Of a stretch of DNA of 64,000 nucleotides, positions 48,176 through 58,821 are shown one piece after another. The position numbers were made by a program, and so were the translations under genes. The notes beneath the pieces were generated by a model that made no database searches, was not told the DNA's origin, and worked only from the letters and a program-made list of their open reading frames with translations. Source of the DNA: Acidobacteriota bacterium (lineage in GTDB: Bacteria > Acidobacteriota > UBA6911 > RPQK01 > JAJDTT01). The stretch spans positions 2,144,001 through 2,208,000 of the forward strand of contig CBDCJH010000002.1 of assembly GCA_965217775.1 (NCBI GenBank), written 5' to 3'. Each line of letters starts with the position of its first letter. Positions within the stretch are counted from its first letter, which is position 1.

Positions 48176-51100
48176 TCAAAAAGCCACCCTCAAGCCGAGC
48201 TGGATGGATCTCCCGGCACCGACACGTCTGATTCTTCCAAAGGTGCGCGGATTGTTGAAATTGGAGGCCGGTGCATTAAAGATGTGGCGATTGAAGAGGT
48301 TGAAGAACTCGCCTCGCAGGTGAACCTGGACCTGTTCCCCGACATAGATCTTCTTGATCAAGGAGACGTCCTCGTTCAGCAAAAAGGGAGCCCGTACATG
48401 GGGGATTCGCCGAGGAGCGTTGCCGATTGTGAAGGGAGCCGGGGCCTCAAAAGCACCGATATTCAGGTACCGGTCCACGGCCGGATCGAAGTCTCCTATA
48501 CCGACAGAGGAACGGACGTTAGAGGACACCCAGAGTGGCCGGTTTCCGCCCGAGAAACCGGGCAGCACCGGGCCCCCGGTTACGCTCAGGGTCGGGGCGC
48601 TCTGATAGCGCAAAATGGCCTGTAGCTGCCAGCCTCCGAGAATGTTGTTCACCGTGCCGTTCCAACCGCTTCCAAAGCGTCGGCCGTGACCAAACGGCAG
48701 CTCGTAAATTCCCGACATCACCAGGACGTGGGTTTGATCCAAGGCGGTGTGGGCTTTCTCGAGATCCCGGTTGAACGTATTTAGTGCTCGAAAACGCGCC
48801 CCGCCGCTGCCGGCAAAGGCGTCGCTGAAAGTGTTGTGCTGGGCTGCCCCCAGGCTCTTTGACAGAGTGTAGGAAGTGAGGAACGAATTGCCCCCCGAGA
48901 ATCGCTTCTGCAAGCGCACCTGCAGGGCATGGTACTGATTGTATCCGGTGGGCTGCTGGTTGTTCCGGATATCGGTAAACTGCGGGAAAGGCCTCAGGGC
49001 CTGCGCCACAGACCCGTTGAAACTGGGATAGGGCTTTTCGATCCCTGCCGCAATCGCCGCGGAAGAATTGATGTTGGCCAGAAGCAGAGACCCCAAGGAG
49101 AGATAGCTCGGAGCGACCTGGTTGATGTCTTCCAGTCCCGCCGTTATCCGATCGTTCTTGTTGCCAACGTAGGCGAGTTCCAGGAAAACGCTGGATGTCA
49201 CCCCCCGCTGAACGCTCAGGGTCCAGCTTTGGTTGATAGCTGACAGGCCGCCCGAGGGATTGGCGTAGTCGATAGGACCGTTGTTGGTCTGGGCGGGGTC
49301 GGTGTTGGGGATTTCGATCCCAGACTCATTGATGGGAAATCCCTCCGATAGGATGAAGGCGGGCGTGATCCCCTGGTCGGTCGAGGCGAAAGCCGGCAGA
49401 GGCGAGAAGCCCTGCTCATGAACCACCCCGTGCCCGATCCTCAGGGCGTTGGTGAAGAAATGGAAAAGCCCGTAGCCGGCCCGGAGCACCGTCTTGTCGG
49501 AGAGACGATAGGCCAGACCCAAGCGAGGCGAAAACGCGCTCCGGTAGTCCTCGCCGACGATGCTGTCGATGTCACCGGCCCGACCGGGTCCGTTGCCGAA
49601 AAGCACGAGCGCTCCCGGGATCCCTCCGGCACCGGGGTTGGGCGCGTTCACGTCCAAGCTGGAGACCTGGTCTTCCGCTTCGCGCAGATACCAGGGCATG
49701 TCGTAGCGAAGCCCCAGGGTCACCGTCAGTTTCGGACTGAGCTGGAACACATCCTCTCCGTACAAGGTGAGGATGTGCTCATGGAAAGTCCTGTCGGAGG
49801 CTGCAATCCTGCGTTCCGTGTTGAAAACCTGTCCCAGCAGAAAACTGGCCCACGAGCTTCCCCAGGTGCTGAACGACTCGTTGGGCTGCGAAGTGGAAAG
49901 GTTGCGGAAACCATAGGTGCCCAGCTGATTCCTTCCCTGGACCCAGTGGATGCTCTTGCGCAGGACTTCGACTCCAAACTTGAACTGGTGATCGCCCCTG
50001 ATCCAGGTGAGATTCTCCACGAAGTTCAGGTTGTCCGTGTCCTTCTCGACCGGCATGCCCGAAGCATTCCCGTAAGCTGGCTGACCGGTAATTCTGAAGG
50101 TAGGAATGCCGGGGCCATCAGCCGGAAGGTTCGGGATCTGGAAAACACTGGCCCCATTCCGGGCGTCGCGCTGCTGCTCGTTCGGTTTCAGGTAGGTGTA
50201 CCCCACCGTGAGATGATTGAGCAGGGTGCTCGAGAGCGAGGAGTCCCAGTTGAAGCGCAGGGGCGTCGAATCGGTCCGGAATACGACCAGGGTATCGAGT
50301 TCTCCGGGAACCGCGCCGAAGCGATCTTCGTCCCGATTCACATCCCAGAAGGTAAACGCGATATGGTTCGAGTCGGAAATCTTGTGGTCGACCTTGATGC
50401 TCCAGGTGTACTCGGAAGCCGGACGTTGAGAGCGATTCACAAAATTGTTGAAGGGCTGGCCGGGAATATCGAGTGGCGGCAACAGGGAAGCCAGAGGTAT
50501 GGCGTTGGGATCGAATCGGCTCTGAGGGATCACGTTGTTCGGAAACTGGTCCCGGACAAGCCCTCCAGCCCCGTCAGGCCTCGTCGTCGCCGGATCAAAT
50601 ATCGGAAAGGGCCACTCCGAAAAGTCGCCGCCTCTCATTTTCTGGGTCGGCAATGTGACCAGACTCGCCGAAGCGGCGCCCCCGCGGCGCTCAAAGCCCG
50701 CGTAGGAAAAGAAAAAGAACGTTCGATCCTTGATGATCGGCCCTCCCAGAGAGCCTCCGAACTCGTTTTGCCGGACGATCGGCCTCTCTCTGGCAAAAAA
50801 GGATCGCGCGTCCAGCTTATCATTTCGCAGGAAGTCGAAAACGCTGCCGTGGAACTCATTGTTCCCCGACTTGAGGGCTAACTCCACGTTTCCAAAACCG
50901 CGCCCGTATTCGACCGGCATGAGTGTGTTGTGGACCTTGAATTCTCCGACGGCCTCGTATGGCGGGCTCAGGTTCGTCGAGTAGCCGGGGATCCAGAGGG
51001 TGGTTGAAGTGCTTCCGTCAAAGCCGACCTCGTCACTCCACCCCTGGCCGCCGTTGATCGATTTTCGGTTGACGTTCCCGGTGACGCCCGGGGTGAGGAG

Positions 51101-51595
51101 GACGAAACTCTCCGCCTGTCGGCGCGCACCGCTGAGGGCCAGGGGGAGTTCCTCCAGGACCTTGTCCTCCATCACGGTGCCGATTTCGGCATTGGTCGTG
51201 TTCAGGGCGATCTCGGTACCCTCTACGGTGACTTCATCGCTGATTTCTCCCACCTCAAGCGTCACATCCACCGTGGTCGAGGTTGCCGTCTGTACGACGA
51301 CTTTCTCATGAACCACGCTCTTGAAACCCGGCACTGAGGCGGAGAGACGGTACTCTCCGATGGGGAGCGCATCGATCTGATAGCGACCTACCGACCCGGT
51401 AATTATTGAAAACACCTGGTTCCTCGCGAGGTGAGTGACGGTGACTTCGACCCCGGGTATGGGCAGACCGGCGGTGTCGGAAACCACGCCCCGAACTCCG
51501 CCCTTCCCGCCCTGGCCAGACACCATGGTCGGCGTGGCCGCCAGCAGCAGGCACCCGTAAATACATACTTTCAGGAAATCCTGGGTTCTCATCAT
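48176..51595 (-). CDS. TonB-dependent receptor with carboxypeptidase-regulatory-like domain (Oar-like)
   Basis: GVVSDTAGLPIPGVEVTV; KSGNNEFHGSVFDFLRN; QNEFGGSLGGPI; FSPRLGLAY; C-terminal RSIQLGLRVAF. Confidence 0.93.
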   Translation of the reverse strand: MMRTQDFLKVCIYGCLLLAATPTMVSGQGGKGGVRGVVSDTAGLPIPGVEVTVTHLARNQVFSIITGSVGRYQIDALPIGEYRLSASVPGFKSVVHEKVVVQTATSTTVDVTLEVGEISDEVTVEGTEIALNTTNAEIGTVMEDKVLEELPLALSGARRQAESFVLLTPGVTGNVNRKSINGGQGWSDEVGFDGSTSTTLWIPGYSTNLSPPYEAVGEFKVHNTLMPVEYGRGFGNVELALKSGNNEFHGSVFDFLRNDKLDARSFFARERPIVRQNEFGGSLGGPIIKDRTFFFFSYAGFERRGGAASASLVTLPTQKMRGGDFSEWPFPIFDPATTRPDGAGGLVRDQFPNNVIPQSRFDPNAIPLASLLPPLDIPGQPFNNFVNRSQRPASEYTWSIKVDHKISDSNHIAFTFWDVNRDEDRFGAVPGELDTLVVFRTDSTPLRFNWDSSLSSTLLNHLTVGYTYLKPNEQQRDARNGASVFQIPNLPADGPGIPTFRITGQPAYGNASGMPVEKDTDNLNFVENLTWIRGDHQFKFGVEVLRKSIHWVQGRNQLGTYGFRNLSTSQPNESFSTWGSSWASFLLGQVFNTERRIAASDRTFHEHILTLYGEDVFQLSPKLTVTLGLRYDMPWYLREAEDQVSSLDVNAPNPGAGGIPGALVLFGNGPGRAGDIDSIVGEDYRSAFSPRLGLAYRLSDKTVLRAGYGLFHFFTNALRIGHGVVHEQGFSPLPAFASTDQGITPAFILSEGFPINESGIEIPNTDPAQTNNGPIDYANPSGGLSAINQSWTLSVQRGVTSSVFLELAYVGNKNDRITAGLEDINQVAPSYLSLGSLLLANINSSAAIAAGIEKPYPSFNGSVAQALRPFPQFTDIRNNQQPTGYNQYHALQVRLQKRFSGGNSFLTSYTLSKSLGAAQHNTFSDAFAGSGGARFRALNTFNRDLEKAHTALDQTHVLVMSGIYELPFGHGRRFGSGWNGTVNNILGGWQLQAILRYQSAPTLSVTGGPVLPGFSGGNRPLWVSSNVRSSVGIGDFDPAVDRYLNIGAFEAPAPFTIGNAPRRIPHVRAPFLLNEDVSLIKKIYVGEQVQVHLRGEFFNLFNRHIFNAPASNFNNPRTFGRIRRVGAGRSIQLGLRVAF

Positions 51596-51684
51596 ACTTC
51601 TCCTTTTCAGCGAATTCAGAAAGCTTGCGACCTAGGATATCTTCTAAAGATTAGAACTCTGATCGGGCCTTATGTCAAGAGAGT

Positions 51685-51840
51685 AATCGATCAATGATGA
51701 AGTTTCGACTAACTCATGTCGTATGTATATTTAACTAATTGAAAATAAACAAGTTATAAGAATATTTCAGATCCGATTCACATTCGATATCTTGATAGTA
51801 CGGCAATTTCGTCCGATATATAGGATCTATTATCGATCAA
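51685..51840. promoter_or_regulatory. AT-rich promoter region with ATCGATCAA boxes (candidate GntR operators)
   Basis: AATCGATCAAT (51685-51695) and TTATCGATCAA (51830-51840); related TTGATCGATCA at 59269-59279. Confidence 0.4.
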
Positions 51841-51899
51841 AATTCACGTCTTTGAGACAGTCTGTAAGCCTGATCCCGATGACGGTCGGCCCGGCCACT

Positions 51900-53404
51900 C
51901 CAGCGGCAGCGCGAGACGATCGCCAGTCAGCGTGAAGCCGTGCTGGAACACGCTGGCAGCCGCGGTTGGATCATCCCCGAGGAGCGCGTGTTCGCCGATG
52001 ACGGGTTCAGTGGTGCGGCCCTGGACCGTCCCGCACTGGAAGCCTTGCGCGACGCCGTTGCGAGCGGCTGGGTCGAGACCGTCCTGGTCTGGTCCGTGGA
52101 CCGTCTGAGCCGCAATTTTGCTCACCAGATGTTGCTCCAGGAGGAGTTCGACCGCTCCGGGGTGAAGATCGTCTTCGCCCAGGAACCCGACGATGGCACG
52201 CCCCAGGGGATGCTGCTGCGACAAATGCTGTCGGTCATCTCCGAGTATGAGCGGACCCAGATCGCGGAGCGGTCACGGCGGGGCAAGATCCACCTCGCCC
52301 GTCAAGGTTCGCTGAACATGATCACGCGCGCCCCCTACAGGTATCGTTTGATCCGCAAGACCGAGACGGCGGGCGCCCGGCTCGAGATCGATGACGCCGA
52401 GGCGGCCGTCGTGCACCGGATCTATGATCAGTATGTCCGCGAGGGTTTGCCGATGAATGCGCTCTCGCGCCGGCTCGATGCCGAGGGCGCACGGCCGCGT
52501 CATGCCGAGTTCTGGCCGACCTCGACCGTGGCCGTGATTCTCAGAAACGAGGCCTATGTGGGAAGAGCCGCTTATCTGAAGACCACCAGCACCGGAAGGC
52601 GAGCACGTCGGAACCGCACGGGTCGGCGCCAAGCCGGATCGGTTCGGCGCTGGACCGGGCGAACGGCCCGTCCCCGCCAGGAATGGATCGAATTGCCCAT
52701 TCCCGCCATCCTCGACGAACGGAACCGAACATTGGCGTCACGCGCAGGGCGCCGTCTGTGACAATCCTGCGGTCCGTGCCGAAGAAATCGATGACGCGGT
52801 GTGGAAGGAGATGCTCACCCTCCTGGAGCACCCGGAACTCATCCAGGCCGAAATCGAACGCCGGCTCGTGGCCGCCAATGACACGGCCTCGCCCCGTCGC
52901 CGAATCGAGAGCTTGCGGGGCGAGCTGTCCCGAATCAAGACTCGATTCCGTCGCCTTCTCGATGCCTATCAGGAGGGGATCGTGACCCTCGACGAGTTGC
53001 GCCGGAGGAACGCTCCCCTACAAACTCGGCAACGCTCGATCCGGTCCGAACTCGAAGCCCTGGAAACTTCGGAACTTGATCGTGAATCCCAGTTGGCTCT
53101 GGCCACCACGATCCAGCAATTCCTCCAGCGCATGCGCCAAGCCGCGCAGTCGCTCTCCATCCTCGAACGCCAGCGGATCGTGCGTCTACTGGTTCGCGAA
53201 GTCCGGATCGGGAAGGGTTCGGTCACGATCTGTCATTCGATCCCGCTTTACGATTTGCCGCCCACAGGTTCCGACCCTTCTCCGCGTAAGCTTCCCAACA
53301 CCAAGAGGGCATGGCTAAGAAGAGTTCAACCGCTGACCGAGTTTACAGCAAAAATCAGACTTGACCCGGTGGAGGCTCCGGACGCCGGCAGGTCACGAGA
53401 GTGA
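51900..53404 (+). pseudogene. Large serine recombinase remnant (catalytic N-terminus lost, internal deletion and frameshift)
   Basis: ETIASQRE..DDGFSGAALDRPAL..VWSVDRLSR..EYERTQIAERSRRGK, followed by a coiled-coil with RLLDAYQEG; the YARVS motif is missing. Confidence 0.82.
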
Positions 53405-53469
53405 TCGCACAGGTACCTCCCGGACTGGTTTGTGCTGACCGGACGCAAGCCTGTAGACTTGAACCTGAA

Positions 53470-54264
53470 ATGAGTTCATTTAAAGACAAGCTGGATCGAT
53501 CTCAGCCCGTAAGAGTTGCCGTGGCCAACCTCCTGGAACAGGCCATTCTAGAAGGCTCCCTTCGCCCCGGGGACGAGGTTCCGCAACTGAAGCTGGCAGA
53601 GTGTCTGGGACTCTCGCAGGGATCCGTACGAGAAGGGCTGCTCGAGCTGGAACACCGTGGGTTGATCGTCGCGAACGGCCGCACTCGAAGCGTGGTCAAG
53701 TTGTCCGAGGACGACCTGGCTCACATTTACGACCTCCGTGCGATCTTGGAGCCGCGAGCCTGTCAGCTGGCGGCCCAGATTTGGTCCCAGGAGATGAGCC
53801 GAAAACTTCAGACGTGCGTGGAACGGATGGAAGCCGGGACGAAGAAGGGCGATTACCACGAGCACCTGCAGGCCGACATCGAGTTTCACCGCACCATCTG
53901 GAGCCACCAGCCCAACCGATACCTCGAGCGTGCACTATTACGCCTCTGCATGCCTCTGTGGTCCTATGACCTGGTCCAGAGAACCCACGAGTGCGTCCTC
54001 GATGTGGACAACAGCCTGCGCCAGCACCGACTCATCATTGAAACGCTGCGCACGCGGGATGGGGTGAAGACCGAACGAATCGTTCGGCGGCTGGTGGAAC
54101 GGTTCTTCCGACAGGATCTGCGGGACTACGCGCGGGTGGAACGTTTGAGCCGGGAACACGAAAGACTGGGTCAATTGCCCTGGTGCAGCCCGCCACAAAT
54201 TTTGAGCCATCTCCAGACGTCCCTCGGACGCGCTGACCGTGGCTCAAAGCATCCGGATTATTGA
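53470..54264 (+). CDS. GntR-family regulator with FCD domain
   Basis: AILEGSLRPGDEVPQLKLAECLGLSQGSVREGLLELEHRGL; YDLRAILE; DIEFHRTI. Confidence 0.9.
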   Translation: MSSFKDKLDRSQPVRVAVANLLEQAILEGSLRPGDEVPQLKLAECLGLSQGSVREGLLELEHRGLIVANGRTRSVVKLSEDDLAHIYDLRAILEPRACQLAAQIWSQEMSRKLQTCVERMEAGTKKGDYHEHLQADIEFHRTIWSHQPNRYLERALLRLCMPLWSYDLVQRTHECVLDVDNSLRQHRLIIETLRTRDGVKTERIVRRLVERFFRQDLRDYARVERLSREHERLGQLPWCSPPQILSHLQTSLGRADRGSKHPDY

Positions 54265-55703
54265 TCCGCCTTGTTCTTCTTCTCCAACCGGTCAATCATC
54301 CACTGCCGCCAGTAGGCGACCACTTCCGGGTCTTCCGGGGTTGCGCCCAGATCGCCGCTTTCCTTCACCCACGCATCCAACCGGGCACGCAGATCCTCAA
54401 GACCCTGTTGATGCTCGGGGGAGTCGACCAGGTTGTGCAGTTCGTGCGGATCCTGCTCCAGATCGTAGTATTCTTCAGCCGGCCACTGCGGCGCCATGAA
54501 TTGTGCCTGTTCCGGCGTCAGCTTTCCTTCGTCGTACAGTTTCTTCATCAACCCCAGCGCCGGCCAGCTCTTAAACTTGTAGGGCAACCATTGCGTGGGA
54601 TAGGGCCGATCGGGAAGGAAGTTGCGAATGTACTTGAAACGCTCGGTGCGTATGGCGCGCAGGTGGGCCTCAGCCTCGTCGATCCGGTCCCGGGCCGCAA
54701 AGATCACGTCGCGAGGGACGACATCTGCACCCAGAAAAGGGCGACCCTGCATCTTCGCTGGCAGCTCGATTCCCGCCGCGGCCAGTGATGTCGCGGTGAT
54801 ATCGATCATGCTGATCAACTGGTCGGAAACCGTTCCCGGTTCGATCTGCCCGGGGCGTCGGACAATCAGGGGAATGCGAATTCCACCGTCGTACAGAGCG
54901 TGCTTTCCTCGCAAATGCCCGGCCCCGTGGTCACTGAAGAAGAAGACAATCGTATTCTCCCGTAGGCCTTCTCTATCCAGCCTCTCCAGAACGGCGTCCA
55001 CTTTCTTGTCCAGTTTGTTGATGGTGTCGAGATAGAGAGCCCAGTCGTTTCGAATGATCGGGTCGTCCGCATAATACGGCGGGAGAGCGACCTGGTCCGG
55101 ATCGACCGGATTCTCCGGAGCTTTTCGGAAGGGCCGGTGGGTTTCCGGGAAATTGACCTGCGCAAAAAACGGTTGCCCTTCCGCTCTCTGGTCCCAGTCC
55201 GTCCCCTCCCACGGATCCTCCACCTGAAAATTGAAGTCATCCTTCCCGGTTCCCTTCACTCCCGGCGCTGGGCTCGTCACATTGGCCGTGAAGTAGCCAG
55301 CCCGCCGAAAATAATTCGTCACGATGTCCACGCCTTCCGGCAGACGATAGTCGTCCCGGCGATGGCTGCGGTGGTGATGGGCTCCGATGGTCGTCTGGTA
55401 CATCCCCGTGATCAGGGCGGAGCGCGAGGCCGAACAGACCGGGGCCGGTGTGAAGACCCGGGTGTAGCGTGCTCCCTCTGAGGCCAGCTTGTCCAGCGCA
55501 GGGGAGTGCACGAGCGGATCGCCATAACATCCCAGATCTGGAGACATATCCTCGGAGATGATCCAGAGAATGCTCGGTAGCGCCTGTATTGGCTCCGTTG
55601 AGGACGTGCAGTTCGCCAGGGGCAAGATGGCGCCGCAGACGAGCACCAGATACTTGAAGATGTACTGAACTGAAGCCCTTGTTGGTCCTTCACAAGCAGT
55701 CAT
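54258..55703 (-). CDS. Cys-type sulfatase (S1 family), probable lipoprotein
   Basis: WIISEDM, CSASRSALITG (CxxxR), THRPF, FSDHG, K..LYDGGIRIP, YDLEQDPHELHNL. Confidence 0.92.
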   Translation of the reverse strand: MTACEGPTRASVQYIFKYLVLVCGAILPLANCTSSTEPIQALPSILWIISEDMSPDLGCYGDPLVHSPALDKLASEGARYTRVFTPAPVCSASRSALITGMYQTTIGAHHHRSHRRDDYRLPEGVDIVTNYFRRAGYFTANVTSPAPGVKGTGKDDFNFQVEDPWEGTDWDQRAEGQPFFAQVNFPETHRPFRKAPENPVDPDQVALPPYYADDPIIRNDWALYLDTINKLDKKVDAVLERLDREGLRENTIVFFFSDHGAGHLRGKHALYDGGIRIPLIVRRPGQIEPGTVSDQLISMIDITATSLAAAGIELPAKMQGRPFLGADVVPRDVIFAARDRIDEAEAHLRAIRTERFKYIRNFLPDRPYPTQWLPYKFKSWPALGLMKKLYDEGKLTPEQAQFMAPQWPAEEYYDLEQDPHELHNLVDSPEHQQGLEDLRARLDAWVKESGDLGATPEDPEVVAYWRQWMIDRLEKKNKADQ

Positions 55704-55776
55704 TTTGCTCGTTCCTCCCGGCCTTCGGGATTGCCGGTCGCGGAGGGTCTATGCGCCCGGCGACTCTGAAGGCCTC

Positions 55777-58700
55777 TTACTCAGCCGGAATCAGAACGCC
55801 CGTATCCCGGAAGCCAATGTTCATCCGAACCCCTTTGCGGCCGTCCACAAACTCCGCCGTCAGACTGAAGTTGACGCGCTTGCCGGCAAGATCGGCAACC
55901 GAGATCACATGGTCTTCGGGAAGTTCCGGCCCGCCTTCCCTTTTGATGAATGGTGGAACATTCCGAGTCCAGATCAGTTGCCTGCGACCCTCCGCCTCGG
56001 CCCGGACCTCAAATCGAATGAAGTCCAGGTCGCTGGGAAGGGGCTGTCTGAAAATGCGGTGGACGACGCTTTGAAAATACAGTGCAGCCCGGTTCGAATC
56101 GGGTATCTCAGCGGAAAACTCGACCGATCCGGCCGCCTGCTTTCGGGAGCTCCGCGTCACCCGCGACGCCCCGGACAACACGTTACTGACCAGGAAATGG
56201 GACAATTGTTCGAGCTGTTCCGGCCGGGGAGCAATTAGACAGAACGTGGGCGTCCTCCTCTCCGAAAGCCGGGCCGCCAGCGGCGCCGAATAGAGCCGAC
56301 CGTCCCATTCGATGTACTGGTTGTACAAAATCTGCTGAAAGCTGTTGCCGATCTCCTCGTGATGAGCAAGTCCTTCATTCGACCCGATAATCAGGAGCGC
56401 GTCGGCCTGGTCCGGGGGGATTGCCAGATGGTGATCGATCGAGATCCGGCGGCCCATGACAACGCCCAGGCTGTCGAGCACGGAAGCGGCGAGGCTGCGG
56501 TCTCTCAGACTGTCCCCGACTTCGAGCCGGAACGATCCCTTCCCCAGGGCTGAAACCATCTCGTCGAGAGGGAGAAGGAACAGCGGCTGAAAGGATCGGA
56601 CGACTCTTCCCGCCTCGGCTTCATAGTAGCTGTACGGGGCGATCTCATCCGGCTTTCCGAGTCCGATTTCAATCACGACGCTGTCCTTGCCGATGATCGG
56701 GAGGCGCAGGGTCTGCCCGTAGGAAACGCTGTCCTGCCCAAGGTTGGCCTTGACGGGATAGACCAAATGAACCGGAAGATTTCTGTCTGTCGGACGGAAG
56801 CCTGCACTTTCGTCGAGCCGGACCTCCAGATGATTCAGGTCAAAGGAGTTGTTGAACGCGTAGATCACGCCCCGGCCTTCTCCCACGTGGGAGTACGCGG
56901 CCAGCCCTTTGTTGAAGGTTTCCGGCTGCCGAACAACCGGCCTGCAGTTGAGTACGAACCGACTCCGGAGCTTGTCCCAGGCCAGCCACTCCCTGAGGAC
57001 CTCCTTGTCGAAGGCAGGCATTTGCGCGAAAGAGAAGCGGATGTCTCGGACGGCCGTTGTGGCAAAGCACGTGAACATGTTCTGGGTCCATCCCTCTCCG
57101 GAAGGGATCAACAAACCCGTGTGTTCCAGATTGACGGGAATCGGCGACCGCTGCTGCAGGGACCAGCCGGCAATGTCGCCTTTGATGCCCCAGGGAGGAA
57201 CAAAGCCGTCGTAAAAGCGCTGCCAGGCGATGCGCCTTTCCAAGGCCAGGGCCCGCGCTGGATAATCGCTTCCCGAGGCCTCGGTCATCAGTTCCGTGAG
57301 ACCCGGATCACCGGCGTGCAGATGGGTGGCGTGTTTGAGCACCCAGGGCCAGTTTACGGCCTTGCAGTAGAAGCGATAGATACCCGGTCTGCGCCGCTCA
57401 ATTTCATCGTAGATGTCGAGCATCTTTCCGATCTGAATGTCGACCGAATCGTATCCGTTGGCCAGACTCTCATGCGTCGTGGAGTAGTTCGGCGTGTAGC
57501 GGTGGAAATCAAACAGGATGCCGCCCAGATCGTAGCGGTCCAGCAGCTCTAGAGCGAAGCCTTTCAAGACATCGCCGTAGGGCGAGGAGAGCGACTGAAC
57601 GGGAGGTCCTTTCGGGTCTCCATATCGGAGTTCCGCCATGGGCCGCCCGACCAGGTGAGGGTTTCCCTCCCGGTTGATCACGGCCCACTCGGTACTTTCT
57701 CGCACATACCGGGTCGAAAGCGAATCCAGCCACACGGAAAGTTTCATGCCGCGGTCCTTGATGGCTCTGACCAGGGGGAGCATTCCATTCGGGACTCTTT
57801 CCGGCTGGGTGACTGCGAGGTCCCAGGTCTTGTCGTCAGCCCCGTGGACACCGGGAAGTCTCGTACTGTACGGACGGTCCGGCCACTGCCAGCCAGCGTC
57901 GAGGTGGAGTAATTCCGTGCCGACCCACTGAATGTCGTCGATCGCCTGCAGGATTCGATCGGCGCGCGTGGCCGTCAGCCACGGCCCCCAGGTCGTGAAT
58001 TTGACCGGAAACGGAATATTCGGCTGGACTCGCCTTGCGACGTGATCAAAGAATGCGAGGCGAGCTGTCTCGAGGCTGGCGGACTCCTCGTTGCCCTGCT
58101 TAGGAAACAAGAGGATGGATCCGGTCTCGAAGGTGTGGGACTGGCTGGGGAGGAGACGCTGGCCGGGCCGGTATCCGATCTGCATCCGAGCCCCGTCCTC
58201 GAGCAGTTCCGAGTTGGGCCATTCAAGCGTCATGGCGCAGCCGCTGTTCTTTCTCAGAAAGACCGCTGGCTGGCCGGCAGCGCTTTCGGCAGACAGAGGC
58301 CAGGCGCGCTTCAGCCCCCGGGGTTGAAAGCTCCAGAGACGGAGTCCGGCTACGTAGCCCCCTCCGGGGTCGGCGTAATAGGTCAGGGTCTTGTCCAGGA
58401 CCGGAAATTCCGGATCCAGTTCGTAGGTGACCTCGACCCGTCCGAGATCATGGACAAAACGCAGGACCAGCCTTTTTTCATCCTCGCCCGTCTCCGCCCC
58501 AGCGAACCGGAATCCACCCGGAGATTGGTAGACGACCTCCAGGTCGGGATCATGAATGACCTCCGGCCGCAGCAGGGCCATCACAACTTCTTGTGACCCC
58601 TCCAGCGGATAGACTTCTCCGGTTGGCAAGTATTCGACGGCCGCCAGTCCGGGGCTCGGTTCGCCGACCTGGAAGACAGCCTTCAGAGCTTGATTCTGAA

Positions 58701-58821
58701 GAACGAGACGGCTTGCTTCGAGCGGCTGCTCCCCGGCCAGGGGCAACCCAGCTGCCGTGAGGAGCGAGAAAAAGCAAATCGATAGAATGGAGAAGGCCGG
58801 TCGAGTCAGGTGCTTGGCCAT
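55777..58821 (-). CDS. Large secreted GH-D-clan-like protein; paralog B
   Basis: GGAGGA RBS and signal peptide; FPVKFTTWGPW, LHLDAGWQW, GILFDFH, HAGDPG, FVPPWGIKGDIAGWS. Confidence 0.6.
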   Translation of the reverse strand: MAKHLTRPAFSILSICFFSLLTAAGLPLAGEQPLEASRLVLQNQALKAVFQVGEPSPGLAAVEYLPTGEVYPLEGSQEVVMALLRPEVIHDPDLEVVYQSPGGFRFAGAETGEDEKRLVLRFVHDLGRVEVTYELDPEFPVLDKTLTYYADPGGGYVAGLRLWSFQPRGLKRAWPLSAESAAGQPAVFLRKNSGCAMTLEWPNSELLEDGARMQIGYRPGQRLLPSQSHTFETGSILLFPKQGNEESASLETARLAFFDHVARRVQPNIPFPVKFTTWGPWLTATRADRILQAIDDIQWVGTELLHLDAGWQWPDRPYSTRLPGVHGADDKTWDLAVTQPERVPNGMLPLVRAIKDRGMKLSVWLDSLSTRYVRESTEWAVINREGNPHLVGRPMAELRYGDPKGPPVQSLSSPYGDVLKGFALELLDRYDLGGILFDFHRYTPNYSTTHESLANGYDSVDIQIGKMLDIYDEIERRRPGIYRFYCKAVNWPWVLKHATHLHAGDPGLTELMTEASGSDYPARALALERRIAWQRFYDGFVPPWGIKGDIAGWSLQQRSPIPVNLEHTGLLIPSGEGWTQNMFTCFATTAVRDIRFSFAQMPAFDKEVLREWLAWDKLRSRFVLNCRPVVRQPETFNKGLAAYSHVGEGRGVIYAFNNSFDLNHLEVRLDESAGFRPTDRNLPVHLVYPVKANLGQDSVSYGQTLRLPIIGKDSVVIEIGLGKPDEIAPYSYYEAEAGRVVRSFQPLFLLPLDEMVSALGKGSFRLEVGDSLRDRSLAASVLDSLGVVMGRRISIDHHLAIPPDQADALLIIGSNEGLAHHEEIGNSFQQILYNQYIEWDGRLYSAPLAARLSERRTPTFCLIAPRPEQLEQLSHFLVSNVLSGASRVTRSSRKQAAGSVEFSAEIPDSNRAALYFQSVVHRIFRQPLPSDLDFIRFEVRAEAEGRRQLIWTRNVPPFIKREGGPELPEDHVISVADLAGKRVNFSLTAEFVDGRKGVRMNIGFRDTGVLIPAE

